Shown in pieces: positions 9,069-18,629 of a stretch of 26,585 nt of DNA (positions within the stretch are counted from its first letter, which is position 1; each line of letters starts with the position of its first letter). Made by a program: the position numbers and the translations under genes. Where the stretch lies: the IMG/VR virus record IMGVR_UViG_3300032083_000170, positions 1 through 26,585 of that record; one strand, 5' to 3'. The notes under the pieces are model-generated. The model had not been told where the DNA came from and did no database searches. It was given only the letters and a program-made list of their open reading frames with translations. The stretch comes from a virus. Taxonomy: Duplodnaviria; Caudoviricetes.

Positions 9069-11238
9069 TAATTATTCCAAAGCCTAGTAGTACGAAGTCT
9101 TTACCCTGTTCACTCTCGAACCTGAGCCTCATACTACGGCCATGCCCTCTCATTTTTAATCGTGTGGTTACGACCTTCTCAGGATAGTCCCAAGTGCCTA
9201 AGTCAGATTCATTTACAACAGGTGTGTACTTTAAACGATAAGCCTGTTGTGGCGAAGATGAAGTGTTAGTACGGAAGTCCCAATAAGATGAGACAAGTAA
9301 TGATGATTCCCTTACAGGTGTGTATCCAGTTTCATCAGTACCAGAGTATCCTGTTTCAGTTGGACGTAGATACACTTGTATATACGGGGCATTCTTCTTG
9401 AGGATTAAGTCTCCCATAAAGTCATAGCCAGCTTCAGCATATGAACTATAGTTAGAATCACCCCAATCTAGGAAGGTTGTTCCTGAGAACAAACCCATTG
9501 TCATCTTACCTGTTGCACCATCGTAAACCATAAGAACGATAGCTGCATCAGCCTGTGATAGTTCTGTCTGTGTTGAGATGACAACATCATCTCCTGCACT
9601 GGTTACAACATCATCACCATCAAAAGTAAGAACATCGTTGTTTACAAAGTTAGAACCAAAGCCGGGATAGTATTCTGCTCCCATGATATAGTCTGGACTT
9701 GTGGCACTGTCCGATACTGTCCAAGGGTAGAAAGACTGCAACGTAACATCAAGAGTTAATACTTTATTCTTCTTGTTGGCTACTGTCTCACCGTTACTAG
9801 GGTAGAACCAATGTACTCTTTTGTTTGTCTGATCGTATACTGCAGTACATTCTTGTCTAGCAGAACCGTCAATAGCCTCAAAGAAAGTCTGGATAGAACC
9901 AATAGATAAGTTTTGTTCCTGTGCTCTACCTGATACCTGATCAAAACCTAATGTATGTATCCCATGTTTAGACCACCAGAGAGGTACACCTTCAACACTT
10001 ACAAATGCCTGTGGGTTAGTCAGACCAATCTGTGATACCCTTGAGATGGAATACTCAGTAGCTTTGAAAACATTATCAACACCACTAATTTGCCATACAC
10101 CATTCTCAGCAAATACAAAGATAGAACTTCCATACACATGAAGCTTCTGAATGTTCATAGCTTCTGGTATTGATATAACACCACCATCAGAAGCAAGAAG
10201 ATCACTAATCTCTTCAGAGGTAGGATCATTCTGTTGATAACATCTGTCAACTTCTGTAATGTTATCTAAGTATTTACTGAAAAGTATTTTACCAGCATTC
10301 TTTGAACTTGTCAACCCTGCATAGAACACACGACCAGAAAAAGCTGCAACTGCTTTAAATCTACTTGTCTCTAGTTCTGTTGTAATACCAGAGATACCAG
10401 AGGCTGCACTACGGTTCTTGGAAAAGAAGTCTAGGATAAAGCTACCGTTACCTGTGAGGGTAGATCCAGTAAAGACCTTCTCCCACTCTTCAGGAACAAA
10501 GTCACCACTAGCATTTTTACCTGAGTACCAAGGATGTGTGAGGGGTGGGTATTCGTTATCTGCAGTTCCATCACCATCACTATCGTAAGCTAGGTAAGAT
10601 GTTAGAGCAGCTTCACCTTTCTCACCAGACCAACCTGAGTTAGCTGTATCATACTCACGACCTTTACTTGGCGTGGCAGTGCCATCTGTATAGTTTGTTG
10701 TAGTACCCTGCCATTCAAAATCTCTTACACGAGGTGAGATCTGAGTTGTTGAGATGGTGTTAGCATCTGCATCATAGGTAATATAAATAGGTTCAATAGC
10801 CTCAGAACTTACAACAAGATTACCATTGATTGTATCCATCTGGACCTTAGCTAGTCCAGCACCTATACTACCTGCAAACTCATAGGATACAAGATTAACA
10901 GAGAAGCTTTCTTCATTACCTGAGTATGGCTCTGAGCCTGTGTTGTAGAAACGTAGAGTTGTACCTTGTTGTACAACAACAAAGTCTAACCCAGCTACAC
11001 CAGCCGCATTCTTCCACCTACCAGTGGTGAACACAAAAGAGTTATTGATTGTGAATGTAGAGTTAACATTGCTTGTCTCTAACTCTACGGCCAGTCTACG
11101 GCGGCGAGAACCATCTCTCTCTAAGAGACAGTTCAGTTCGTCAATGGATGCATCTTCGGGGAATGTTAGTTCACCAGCCTCAGTTATCAGACCCTTGATG
11201 AACGTGTTCACTACCTTTTGACTTATTCTTTGCGGCAT
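9046..11238 (-). CDS. Tail tubular protein B / nozzle (T7 gp12 / P22 gp10-like)
   Basis: 730 aa and beta-rich. N-terminus FIKGLITE...LNCLLERDGSRRRR, internal AAFSGRVFYAG...ILFS, C-terminus MRGHGRSMRLRFES. It lies downstream of the adaptor gene. Confidence 0.8.
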   Translation of the reverse strand: MPQRISQKVVNTFIKGLITEAGELTFPEDASIDELNCLLERDGSRRRRLAVELETSNVNSTFTINNSFVFTTGRWKNAAGVAGLDFVVVQQGTTLRFYNTGSEPYSGNEESFSVNLVSYEFAGSIGAGLAKVQMDTINGNLVVSSEAIEPIYITYDADANTISTTQISPRVRDFEWQGTTTNYTDGTATPSKGREYDTANSGWSGEKGEAALTSYLAYDSDGDGTADNEYPPLTHPWYSGKNASGDFVPEEWEKVFTGSTLTGNGSFILDFFSKNRSAASGISGITTELETSRFKAVAAFSGRVFYAGLTSSKNAGKILFSKYLDNITEVDRCYQQNDPTSEEISDLLASDGGVISIPEAMNIQKLHVYGSSIFVFAENGVWQISGVDNVFKATEYSISRVSQIGLTNPQAFVSVEGVPLWWSKHGIHTLGFDQVSGRAQEQNLSIGSIQTFFEAIDGSARQECTAVYDQTNKRVHWFYPSNGETVANKKNKVLTLDVTLQSFYPWTVSDSATSPDYIMGAEYYPGFGSNFVNNDVLTFDGDDVVTSAGDDVVISTQTELSQADAAIVLMVYDGATGKMTMGLFSGTTFLDWGDSNYSSYAEAGYDFMGDLILKKNAPYIQVYLRPTETGYSGTDETGYTPVRESSLLVSSYWDFRTNTSSSPQQAYRLKYTPVVNESDLGTWDYPEKVVTTRLKMRGHGRSMRLRFESEQGKDFVLLGFGIINAVNQRF

Positions 11239-11512
11239 CTTTTTTCTTCCGTTCTTCTCTGGCTTCTGTGAAGTAGTTTCGACGGGCTGTCTTAGACATC
11301 TTCTTTTTCTTTAGATAGTTTTCTATGGCTTTCTTAGCTGCTGGTATCCCTGAGTATTTACCTTGGAACTCTTCGGGCAGGATACCTTTCTCAAACTTAA
11401 TCTCAAAGAAGATAAAACCATCGTTGGCTTTTTGTATTATGATGTCTGTAGCAAGTTTGTCTGTCTTACAAACACACCGTTGGTTAACAGTGTCTTCTAT
11501 AAACTCGACCAT
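11180..11512 (-). CDS. Hypothetical protein between tail adaptor and nozzle, basic C-terminus
   Basis: TAATG coupling to the upstream gene. Its last 59 nt overlap the start of the nozzle gene. Confidence 0.7.
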   Translation of the reverse strand: MVEFIEDTVNQRCVCKTDKLATDIIIQKANDGFIFFEIKFEKGILPEEFQGKYSGIPAAKKAIENYLKKKKMSKTARRNYFTEAREERKKKDAAKNKSKGSEHVHQGSDN

Positions 11513-12243
11513 TAATTTCTCCCGTAGTGAGGTCTTATGTTAGCTTTCTTTGTTTTGTACATATCATTCTGTACGAATGACTTTAAACGACGAGCAGACT
11601 GTTCGATCTTAGGATCTGAACCAGACTTAAACAAAGAGAAGCAAGTTGATTTAGCTTCAGCCAATAAGTATGGAAGCATAGTGTCATCCAAGTCAGGCTG
11701 GAAGTTATCGTCAATAGTAAATGTCGGATAGATGTAACCAAAGGCTCTGGTCTTGCTGTTCTGCAACACAGAGTCAACAGTGAATTTGTAAGAATCCATG
11801 ACGATGTGGTTGTCATCAAAGCTAGTATAATATGATGGTTGACGATCATTACCGATAAACAATTGTGTGCCACCTAGAACATCAGTTACAGTTGTTGTTG
11901 TAGCTGAGTCTTGGTTCATACGGTCAATGAAGTTCATAGGTTCTACAAACACTATCTCCTGATAGGTGGTACCTGTGTCATCTATATTATAATCTACTCG
12001 ACTAAGTTGACGGGTGTTAGCTGGATACAAGAAGTGAGTAGGCTTAGTGCTATCAGCTAATGAAGTAAGTTTAATAAGTTGTCTGTGCTCTGGGATGTCC
12101 CTTGCAGCAACAATATTAAAGAATGTATCTTGGATAACAGAAGCAACTTGTTCAGCTTCAACTGTATCACTAATGGAGTTCACAGCCTCTGAGTCCATGT
12201 CACTCAGAATAGACTGAACCATTTGAAGAAGTGTGTTTCTCAT
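11512..12243 (-). CDS. Tail tubular protein A / head-tail adaptor (T7 gp11-like)
   Basis: N-terminus TLLQMVQSILSDMDSEAVNSISDTVEAEQVASVI resembles gp11-type adaptors. Size and position fit. Confidence 0.75.
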   Translation of the reverse strand: MRNTLLQMVQSILSDMDSEAVNSISDTVEAEQVASVIQDTFFNIVAARDIPEHRQLIKLTSLADSTKPTHFLYPANTRQLSRVDYNIDDTGTTYQEIVFVEPMNFIDRMNQDSATTTTVTDVLGGTQLFIGNDRQPSYYTSFDDNHIVMDSYKFTVDSVLQNSKTRAFGYIYPTFTIDDNFQPDLDDTMLPYLLAEAKSTCFSLFKSGSDPKIEQSARRLKSFVQNDMYKTKKANIRPHYGRN

Positions 12244-12713
12244 TATGTTCTATCCAATACTACTACAAAACGTAGTTTAGCTGTGTTAGTGGATGCTCCA
12301 TCACTTTCAATAGTAATGAAACTATCGGCTGTAACTGTATTGTTTGAGACAGGAACTAAAGTATCTACATCACCTGCAGCAGATCCTGAGGCAGTTATTG
12401 TCAAAGTTCCCATAGATGAACCTGCAGCATTCTTAACTGTAACAGTAGAATTAGCAGAAGATATTACAGCTTCTAAAACTGTTAGAATTTTAACAACAGT
12501 ACCAGCAAAAGGAATAGGGACATAGACTTTTTCTACAGCAGAAACATTTTCTAAATAGCCCTCAAGAGATAGTTCAATAAGAGTTTCTTTAGCTGTCCAA
12601 GCTCCTGATCCTGCACCATTAGCAACATACACATCCCCTGAGGATGCTGATGCTATACCCTTAGGTTCATGCAAGTAAGGGTCTGTTAGTGTACTGTGGT
12701 TTACGTTTGCCAT
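12243..12713 (-). CDS. Virion structural protein (HEPKG-motif; possible head fibre or short fibre)
   Basis: N-terminus HSTLTDPYLHEPKG...VYVANGAGSGAW followed by a beta-sandwich-like Val/Thr/Ser-rich domain. AGGAG RBS. Confidence 0.6.
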   Translation of the reverse strand: MANVNHSTLTDPYLHEPKGIASASSGDVYVANGAGSGAWTAKETLIELSLEGYLENVSAVEKVYVPIPFAGTVVKILTVLEAVISSANSTVTVKNAAGSSMGTLTITASGSAAGDVDTLVPVSNNTVTADSFITIESDGASTNTAKLRFVVVLDRT

Positions 12714-12729
12714 TGCAATCTCCTAAGGT

Positions 12730-12753
12730 GGAAGGAAGGGGGCCGAAGCCCCC
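12730..12753 (-). terminator. Intrinsic terminator-like hairpin after the capsid genes, probably leaky
   Basis: The minus strand reads GGGGGC-TTCG-GCCCCC (12753-12738), a C(UUCG)G tetraloop, followed by TTCCTTCC rather than a pure U tract. Confidence 0.75.
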
Positions 12754-12764
12754 AACCAATTAGT

Positions 12765-13238
12765 TTATACTTCGATGTACTCGATGACCAATTTGGCAGC
12801 ACCTGCAGTAAATGCAGCTGTGTCATAGTCAAGTGATACATAAGCATCTGCAGCACCTACGGTTACAACACCGTTTACATAGGCACCGTCACAAGCTACA
12901 ACATCACCATCAGCATCGATTGCAGTTACTGCGATAGCAGCATCGATACCTTGAGCAGCAATAGCTGCACCAGCAGCAGTCTGCAGACCGATGTTAAGGG
13001 CAGCAGTTGCACCAGCAAAAGCATCCGAAACAATCAAGCTTGCACGAGTGATGTATGATCCTGAAGGAATGAATGCATCATTCGCAGCAGGAGCAGCTGG
13101 AGAAGCAGCAATAGTAGTCGCATCATCGATGTCAATCATCAAGAATTTAACACCGTTGTTGTTACCACCAGTTAGGTTGGCTACGCCTTGATCCCCATCA
13201 GTGAGGATGTAGAGGCCATCTGCGTTAGTGTAAGACAT
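12765..13238 (-). CDS. Putative capsid accessory/decoration protein
   Basis: 157 aa, Ala-rich beta protein. It lies directly after the major capsid gene and before the hairpin, so it is co-expressed at high level. AAGGAG RBS. Confidence 0.6.
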   Translation of the reverse strand: MSYTNADGLYILTDGDQGVANLTGGNNNGVKFLMIDIDDATTIAASPAAPAANDAFIPSGSYITRASLIVSDAFAGATAALNIGLQTAAGAAIAAQGIDAAIAVTAIDADGDVVACDGAYVNGVVTVGAADAYVSLDYDTAAFTAGAAKLVIEYIEV

Positions 13239-13249
13239 TTAGTATCTCC

Positions 13250-14215
13250 TTATACTGTAGGTGTCGTGATAACACGAACCATGTTTTCAGGACGGTACAA
13301 CTTAACACCGTAACGAGCAGTAGTTACAAACTCGTGACGTTGGAAGTCTTTGTTATACTCATAGTCTACCTCAGGCTGCTGACGCCATGCACCCACGAAT
13401 GGATTCACAGTAGCATTAGCTGAGAAGAACAAGTTAACTTTACCGTTTGTTGTGCTGAAGTCATTGGTAGTTGTGTTGTCACGTTCCTTCAGAGCAGTGT
13501 CTGTTGCATCAGCCAAGTAGTTTGATGTATATACATCGAAACCATAGACGTTAGCTACGAAACGCATACCAGTAGCAATACCTGAGCTTACGATACCTTC
13601 AAACTTAGGGTTGTTGGTAACAGCAGCAAGATCACTCAAAGTGTTGATTGTAAACTCAACTGATGGGTCTACAATAGCAACCATTGCTTGATCAGGTACA
13701 TTAGCCATCTTCAGCTTCATACGAGCATAAGCAAAGTCTTCGACTTCGATTTTACCTGCATTACCGCCTGAGAAACGGTGGATTCCTCCGTCAACCAAAG
13801 ACTGAGCATTGTCAGCTAAACCTGCTTCAGGAGCAGCCATAGTGGTTGTTTCGAAGTGAGCCATGATTGCACGATCTTGTTCAGGAACAAAACGGCTCAT
13901 CAGTTCACTTGCGTAGAAGGTATCCTGCTCAGCTTTCTTAGTCATGTAAGTAGCTGATGACAGATACTTATCAACTGTGAAAGTGAACTCACCTGTGTCA
14001 AGTGGACGGTATTCTACGGAAGTATCTTCTGCGTAGTTGTCTACCTGTGCTTGACCGATTGATGGAATGTGGAAAGTGTTCCCATCTGGGAAACCTTCAA
14101 GCATACGGACGTACCGTTGTGCCATCATTTCATCACGTAAAATCTCCTTGAGTTCCGTAGACCATACTTCGGTACGGGTAAGGAGAGTAGAATTGGCTGT
14201 ATTCATACCAGACAT
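13250..14215 (-). CDS. Major capsid protein (HK97 fold)
   Basis: 321 aa. Motifs EVWSTELKEIL, GNTFHIPSIG, VANVYGFDVYTSN and ARYGVKLYRPE are typical of podovirus capsid proteins. It follows the scaffold gene. Confidence 0.9.
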   Translation of the reverse strand: MSGMNTANSTLLTRTEVWSTELKEILRDEMMAQRYVRMLEGFPDGNTFHIPSIGQAQVDNYAEDTSVEYRPLDTGEFTFTVDKYLSSATYMTKKAEQDTFYASELMSRFVPEQDRAIMAHFETTTMAAPEAGLADNAQSLVDGGIHRFSGGNAGKIEVEDFAYARMKLKMANVPDQAMVAIVDPSVEFTINTLSDLAAVTNNPKFEGIVSSGIATGMRFVANVYGFDVYTSNYLADATDTALKERDNTTTNDFSTTNGKVNLFFSANATVNPFVGAWRQQPEVDYEYNKDFQRHEFVTTARYGVKLYRPENMVRVITTPTV

Positions 14216-14226
14216 TTTCTTATCCT

Positions 14227-15000
14227 TTAGATTCCAAACTTACTGCCCAAACGACCTTTGTCTTCCATAAGTTGTCGTTGTATTTTGGGTGTATAGTAGA
14301 GGTTACGATTTTCCCGACGAAGCTTTTGGTAATAGGACCAATCACGTTCTGTCGAGGCTTGCATGTTGACACCTTCTGTGCGAACTGAACCTTGAACCAT
14401 AGGTTTAAAGTCCTTCTTTGCTTCGCCAAGGAGACTAAAGAAAGCCGTGGGTGATTCAGCAGCAATCTCCTGCATACGTTGGAGACTAATACCTAATTCC
14501 TTTGACTTCTCTTGGATCTTAGCATTGGCTTCTGTGCCGTAGCTCTTCTCCAACTCTCCGTTCACAAGATCAAGATTTTGTTTGACAACAGACTCTTTAT
14601 CTCGTTCAGTTAGTGTACGTTCGACAAGGCTCTTCAGGTCTTCCTCACTCAGAGCAGGGTTGGTGTTCCCTTCTGAAGTGCCACCAGTATCATTATTGGG
14701 CATTGCAGTATTCGCAGTGGTGGGTTCTGCGGCCTTATTTTGCAACTGGTCCAGAAGATTCTTAGCATAATCCTGTTTACCCAAGTCTTCCCTCATCTGT
14801 GTGAGTTGTCCTTCGAGTTGTTGTATGTAGGTATCAGCCTCTAGTTTCCCTTTAGCTAGTACCTCAGGATCTTTCCAATTATCTCCCTTGGCCTCAACGA
14901 GCTTGGCTACAAAAGAATCCTGTGGTGGGGTACTCTCAGTAGTTTGTTGCTCTGGCTGAGTAGTGTCCGTGGTTTGACTACTCTCAGTAAACACATCCAT
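14227..15000 (-). CDS. Capsid scaffolding protein
   Basis: Acidic, low-complexity N-terminus, coiled coil (LAKGKLEADTYIQQLEGQLTQMREDL) and basic C-terminal helix. It lies between portal and capsid. Confidence 0.8.
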   Translation of the reverse strand: MDVFTESSQTTDTTQPEQQTTESTPPQDSFVAKLVEAKGDNWKDPEVLAKGKLEADTYIQQLEGQLTQMREDLGKQDYAKNLLDQLQNKAAEPTTANTAMPNNDTGGTSEGNTNPALSEEDLKSLVERTLTERDKESVVKQNLDLVNGELEKSYGTEANAKIQEKSKELGISLQRMQEIAAESPTAFFSLLGEAKKDFKPMVQGSVRTEGVNMQASTERDWSYYQKLRRENRNLYYTPKIQRQLMEDKGRLGSKFGI

Positions 15001-15003
15001 GTT

Positions 15004-15243
15004 TTATTCCTTGTTTAAAGTTATTACTTTCAGCATATCATCAAGCACTTGGTTGTACTCGTTGACTGCCACTTGCCGTAGTTCCCAATTGGGTACTTCG
15101 TAATCACGAACTGCTTCTTTCTTCTTGAAGTTCTGTTCGAGAATTTCTTTAAGAGCATCGAAGGCATTACGATAACCTAGTATCTCAGCCTTACGTTTCT
15201 CTTTCTCAGAGCCACTAAGACCCTTTAACCAAATAGATTTCAT
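15004..15243 (-). CDS. Hypothetical small head-assembly-region protein, 79 aa
   Basis: Helical and charged. TAATG coupling to the upstream 33-aa ORF. It lies between portal and scaffold. Confidence 0.75.
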   Translation of the reverse strand: MKSIWLKGLSGSEKEKRKAEILGYRNAFDALKEILEQNFKKKEAVRDYEVPNWELRQVAVNEYNQVLDDMLKVITLNKE

Positions 15244-15344
15244 TATTTCTTCATTGGTTTCTTTTTAGCCATAGGTTTCTTTTTCTCTGCTGGCTTTTTT
15301 GTTGTGTTCTTGTACGGTTTAACTTTACCCTTCATGTATGGCAT
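15243..15344 (-). CDS. 33-aa Lys-rich peptide MPYMKGKVKPYKNTTKKPAEKKKPMAKKKPMKK (below the ORF-track cutoff)
   Basis: ATG lies 1 nt after the portal stop, with GGGGA just upstream. Its TAA overlaps the next ATG. It exactly fills the gap between the two genes. 14 of 33 residues are Lys. Confidence 0.8.
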   Translation of the reverse strand: MPYMKGKVKPYKNTTKKPAEKKKPMAKKKPMKK

Positions 15345-15345
15345 T

Positions 15346-17091
15346 TTAGATCCCCATCTCTTGTGCAATCATTAGTTGCTCTTGGTTAATAGCTTCTGCC
15401 TCTTGCATCTGCTGTTGTGTTTCTAGCTGTTCAGATACAGAAATATTCTCTGAGAACAACTCTGGTTCACCTAGCTCCTCAGACAAGATACGAGCAAACT
15501 CTTTACCCGACAAGTGAGCAGACACGGTAGGATCAGACAACTTGATCTGATAGAGTTGAGTAAGGTTCTGAATACGACGAGCACGTTCAGCAAAGTGACG
15601 AGCACCGACAGGAACAATCTTACCCTTAGCTGTAATGTCATCCTTCGTGATAGTCTGGAACAACACAGCACCTGTGGCATCATCCAGTACACGAATTGTA
15701 TCTGACATATTCATATAACGACGAGACACTTCAAGCATGGCATTAAGGATTGGCTCAAGGAATACACGTTCGAAGTGGGCAGTCTTATGTTCGAAGATAC
15801 GAGAGGCAGAGTTCTGTAGGGATTGTACCTCAAAGGCTGTCTTCTCGCCCGGTGTACGGATACCCATAGCTTGACGAGGTGCCCCTGCCATTTCTTCCAT
15901 CTTGTCTTCCAGCACTCTAATTTGCAGGTCTGCTTGCAATGCAGTTGCATCAGGTGCCATGTAACCTACGTCACCCTCTTCTCCCATGTATATACGAGAG
16001 CCGGGTTCGAAGTCGAAGTCCTCTACGTCACCACGGATCTTGAGGATCGGGTAAGCAATCTGATCGAATACGTCTGACTTCAGGTTCTCTAGGTGGTCAA
16101 TACGATACTGCATACCAACCAAGTTATCTAGTGGACCCATTGCATATAGGTTGTCTGGACGTGGCCTCCACCCTGCGTGGAAGATAGGAGCACTGCCTAA
16201 CCAGCTAGGGTTCTCTTCATTAGCTAAGACATAGGCACGATCAGCAACAGTAATGATACGGTTTTTATACAACACACCGTTCTCACTGTCGTAGTAGTCT
16301 CCGTAGAATGTCAGGATCTCTACATAGTCTGATTCGTAATACTGTTGTATGGATGTAAAGCCATCAGCAATGTATCCATCAGCTTTGTTGTAGGTAGCAT
16401 CAGAACCAGTTACTGCAGCCCTAGCACCCATCATCTTGTCGAAGACAGCTTCCATGTATTTCTTGGAAGGGTCACTGTCGATCATTCCCCGGATCTCTCC
16501 TAGTGTCTGAATAGACTTAATGATCTTAGGTGACTTGCCAAAGCTAGGGGCAGTAGGATTAAAGCAGATGTCGTAGGGTGAGATACGAACCATCTTAGGG
16601 CCAACATAGTTTACAACTAGATCGCCTTCTGCTTTCACCTGATAGTTATCTTCCCACACCACAGTAGCAAAGCAGTTGCCGTACTGGATGTAATCATATA
16701 ACAAATCACTAGAGATGTTTACAAAGTCAGACTGACGAACTTTGTTGTCCATATATGCTTGGATAACAGATCGTTTGGCTTTGGTGTTAGCCTCTTTAGT
16801 CTCTGCTTCAAACCGCATCCACTTAGACTGTGGGAACAAAGTAGCAAAGTAGTTAGCATGGAGATTGTCCATGATCTGTGTAAGCTTAGGAGTAGTGGTG
16901 CTGTTAGACCAAGGCAACATAGCATTTTTTGTTGTCTTAGTGTCTGTAGCATACAGATAGTTCCGTAACTCTTTCCACTCTTCTACCTTCTGCTCACGAA
17001 GGTTAGACCACTCACGCCACCGATTAGCCACCTCTACAGCCATAGAATCTGGACCTAGCAAGTACTCTAGTTCTATTGTTTCACCTGCCAT
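15346..17091 (-). CDS. Portal protein
   Basis: 581 aa, TAATG-coupled to terL. Motifs DYIQYGNCF, VRISPYDICFNP, LYAMGPLDNL and EKTAFEVQSL; Gln-rich C-terminus. Confidence 0.9.
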   Translation of the reverse strand: MAGETIELEYLLGPDSMAVEVANRWREWSNLREQKVEEWKELRNYLYATDTKTTKNAMLPWSNSTTTPKLTQIMDNLHANYFATLFPQSKWMRFEAETKEANTKAKRSVIQAYMDNKVRQSDFVNISSDLLYDYIQYGNCFATVVWEDNYQVKAEGDLVVNYVGPKMVRISPYDICFNPTAPSFGKSPKIIKSIQTLGEIRGMIDSDPSKKYMEAVFDKMMGARAAVTGSDATYNKADGYIADGFTSIQQYYESDYVEILTFYGDYYDSENGVLYKNRIITVADRAYVLANEENPSWLGSAPIFHAGWRPRPDNLYAMGPLDNLVGMQYRIDHLENLKSDVFDQIAYPILKIRGDVEDFDFEPGSRIYMGEEGDVGYMAPDATALQADLQIRVLEDKMEEMAGAPRQAMGIRTPGEKTAFEVQSLQNSASRIFEHKTAHFERVFLEPILNAMLEVSRRYMNMSDTIRVLDDATGAVLFQTITKDDITAKGKIVPVGARHFAERARRIQNLTQLYQIKLSDPTVSAHLSGKEFARILSEELGEPELFSENISVSEQLETQQQMQEAEAINQEQLMIAQEMGI

Positions 17092-18629
17092 TAAGAGGCT
17101 CCTCTAAATCTATTATTAGCCCAAACGATATTATTACTTTTATCTCTACGAATACTCTTGAAAGGCTTGACAGCAATGTCAATAGCAGAAGCAAGAGCAT
17201 CCTTAATATCGTCGTGTGGTGGGTTCCTTGACTGTAGTTCTTCTTCTAGTGTCTGTATGTTACCACCACGGTAGTGCCAGATCTGCATGTTATCGTAACG
17301 AGGCTCAAGTGTAGCAGCTATACGTTCTTCTTTATTGCCCTGATGTTTGTTGGGTCTGTACTCATCAATGCTAATAGCTAACCCATGTTGCTTAACAAGT
17401 TCCTTGAGTTGCTTAACGATTGCCTGTTGTGCTACTGTAACCTCTGCTCGCATCTTACGGAAAGACCACTTGGTTGATAACTGCAGAATGTGTTCGAAGT
17501 ATTCTGTGATACGATCTGTACGGAAACGATCAATGTCTAGGACATAGATGTTATTGTCTGAGTCAACACCTACAATTACAATAGCTGTGTAGTCAGCTTT
17601 CTTTGATAAACTAAATGCAAAGTCAACTGCAGCAAATACATTTAACTTAGCATCTTTGTAGAACCAGAACCCATTCTCTTGCTTCAGATGTTTACGTTCG
17701 TAATACTGAAACCTGTTACTCTCAATCGGTACGTTATCTGGATCAGTAGGATCGTTGTAATACTGTGCTCTGAACTGAGACTTGTCTAGGTACTGACCAC
17801 GTTTCTTAGCTAGGATCTGACGATTGAAGCCAAAGTATTTACCGTCTTTACGTTGTTGTTGAGGCCATAGAAACTCACCGACACCATCTCCCCGGTCTTC
17901 TACTGCTCTCTCCATAACCTCGTAGATCTGTTCCTCAGATACCTTGTTACCGTCTTCGTCATACTGATCTTCAGTCATCTGCATCAGATCGTTGTATAAG
18001 TCTGCAGGGTGGTAACGAGTACCTACGATCCACTCCTTTGCATTAGCCCCTTCGATAGAGGACAACAAAGAATACTGGCTCTTAACTTTATTACGTCCCT
18101 CACCTGTGTATGCATTCTCATAGACAACAACATCATCTAAAACTGCAATGTCACAGTGCATCCCTGTGAGAGAAGTGGTAAGACCGCCAGTAAAGACAGA
18201 AGGGTCACGAACATTCTCTTTCTTACGAAGAGGGTGGTCTAACATAATCTCTGATGTTGTCCACCGTACTCGTTTACCTTCGTCCTTGTTAACATGATCA
18301 GGCCAGTAACGACTATAAGTCTCTGAGGTTAGGATACCCTTGATAAACCCTAGTTGCTTCTCTGCAAGGTTTGCAGTGGCTGAGATGTACAGTATCCGTA
18401 ACGTAGGATCTTTGGTTAGTTCCCATGCAACCCTGTAAGCTACCAACCTAGACTTGCCGTGGTCACGAGGGAAGAGTAACAATTGGTGAGACTTAGAACC
18501 CCCTCTAGTCCACCAGTTACACACATCCTCGTGACATTGGCCTAACACTTGCTCTGGTGAGACAAGCTTAATAAATGTGGCTAGATCATTCTCAGCAGCT
18601 TGTCTAATCTGATCTAAAGTTACACTCAT
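17091..18629 (-). CDS. terL: Terminase large subunit
   Basis: Walker A LLLFPRDHGKS, Walker B IAVLDD, coupling motif VGTRY, and RNase H-like nuclease motifs AAVDFA and HDDIKDA. Confidence 0.95.
   Translation of the reverse strand: MSVTLDQIRQAAENDLATFIKLVSPEQVLGQCHEDVCNWWTRGGSKSHQLLLFPRDHGKSRLVAYRVAWELTKDPTLRILYISATANLAEKQLGFIKGILTSETYSRYWPDHVNKDEGKRVRWTTSEIMLDHPLRKKENVRDPSVFTGGLTTSLTGMHCDIAVLDDVVVYENAYTGEGRNKVKSQYSLLSSIEGANAKEWIVGTRYHPADLYNDLMQMTEDQYDEDGNKVSEEQIYEVMERAVEDRGDGVGEFLWPQQQRKDGKYFGFNRQILAKKRGQYLDKSQFRAQYYNDPTDPDNVPIESNRFQYYERKHLKQENGFWFYKDAKLNVFAAVDFAFSLSKKADYTAIVIVGVDSDNNIYVLDIDRFRTDRITEYFEHILQLSTKWSFRKMRAEVTVAQQAIVKQLKELVKQHGLAISIDEYRPNKHQGNKEERIAATLEPRYDNMQIWHYRGGNIQTLEEELQSRNPPHDDIKDALASAIDIAVKPFKSIRRDKSNNIVWANNRFRGAS

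Noticed and set aside
13239-13290. T7 10A/10B-like frameshift or read-through fusing the capsid to the next gene
   Set aside because: I saw no slippery sequence. The stop is TAA and the next gene has its own AAGGAG RBS.
17091-18629. Intein or intron in terL
   Set aside because: The ORF is continuous, of ordinary length (512 aa), and its ATPase and nuclease motifs are normally spaced.
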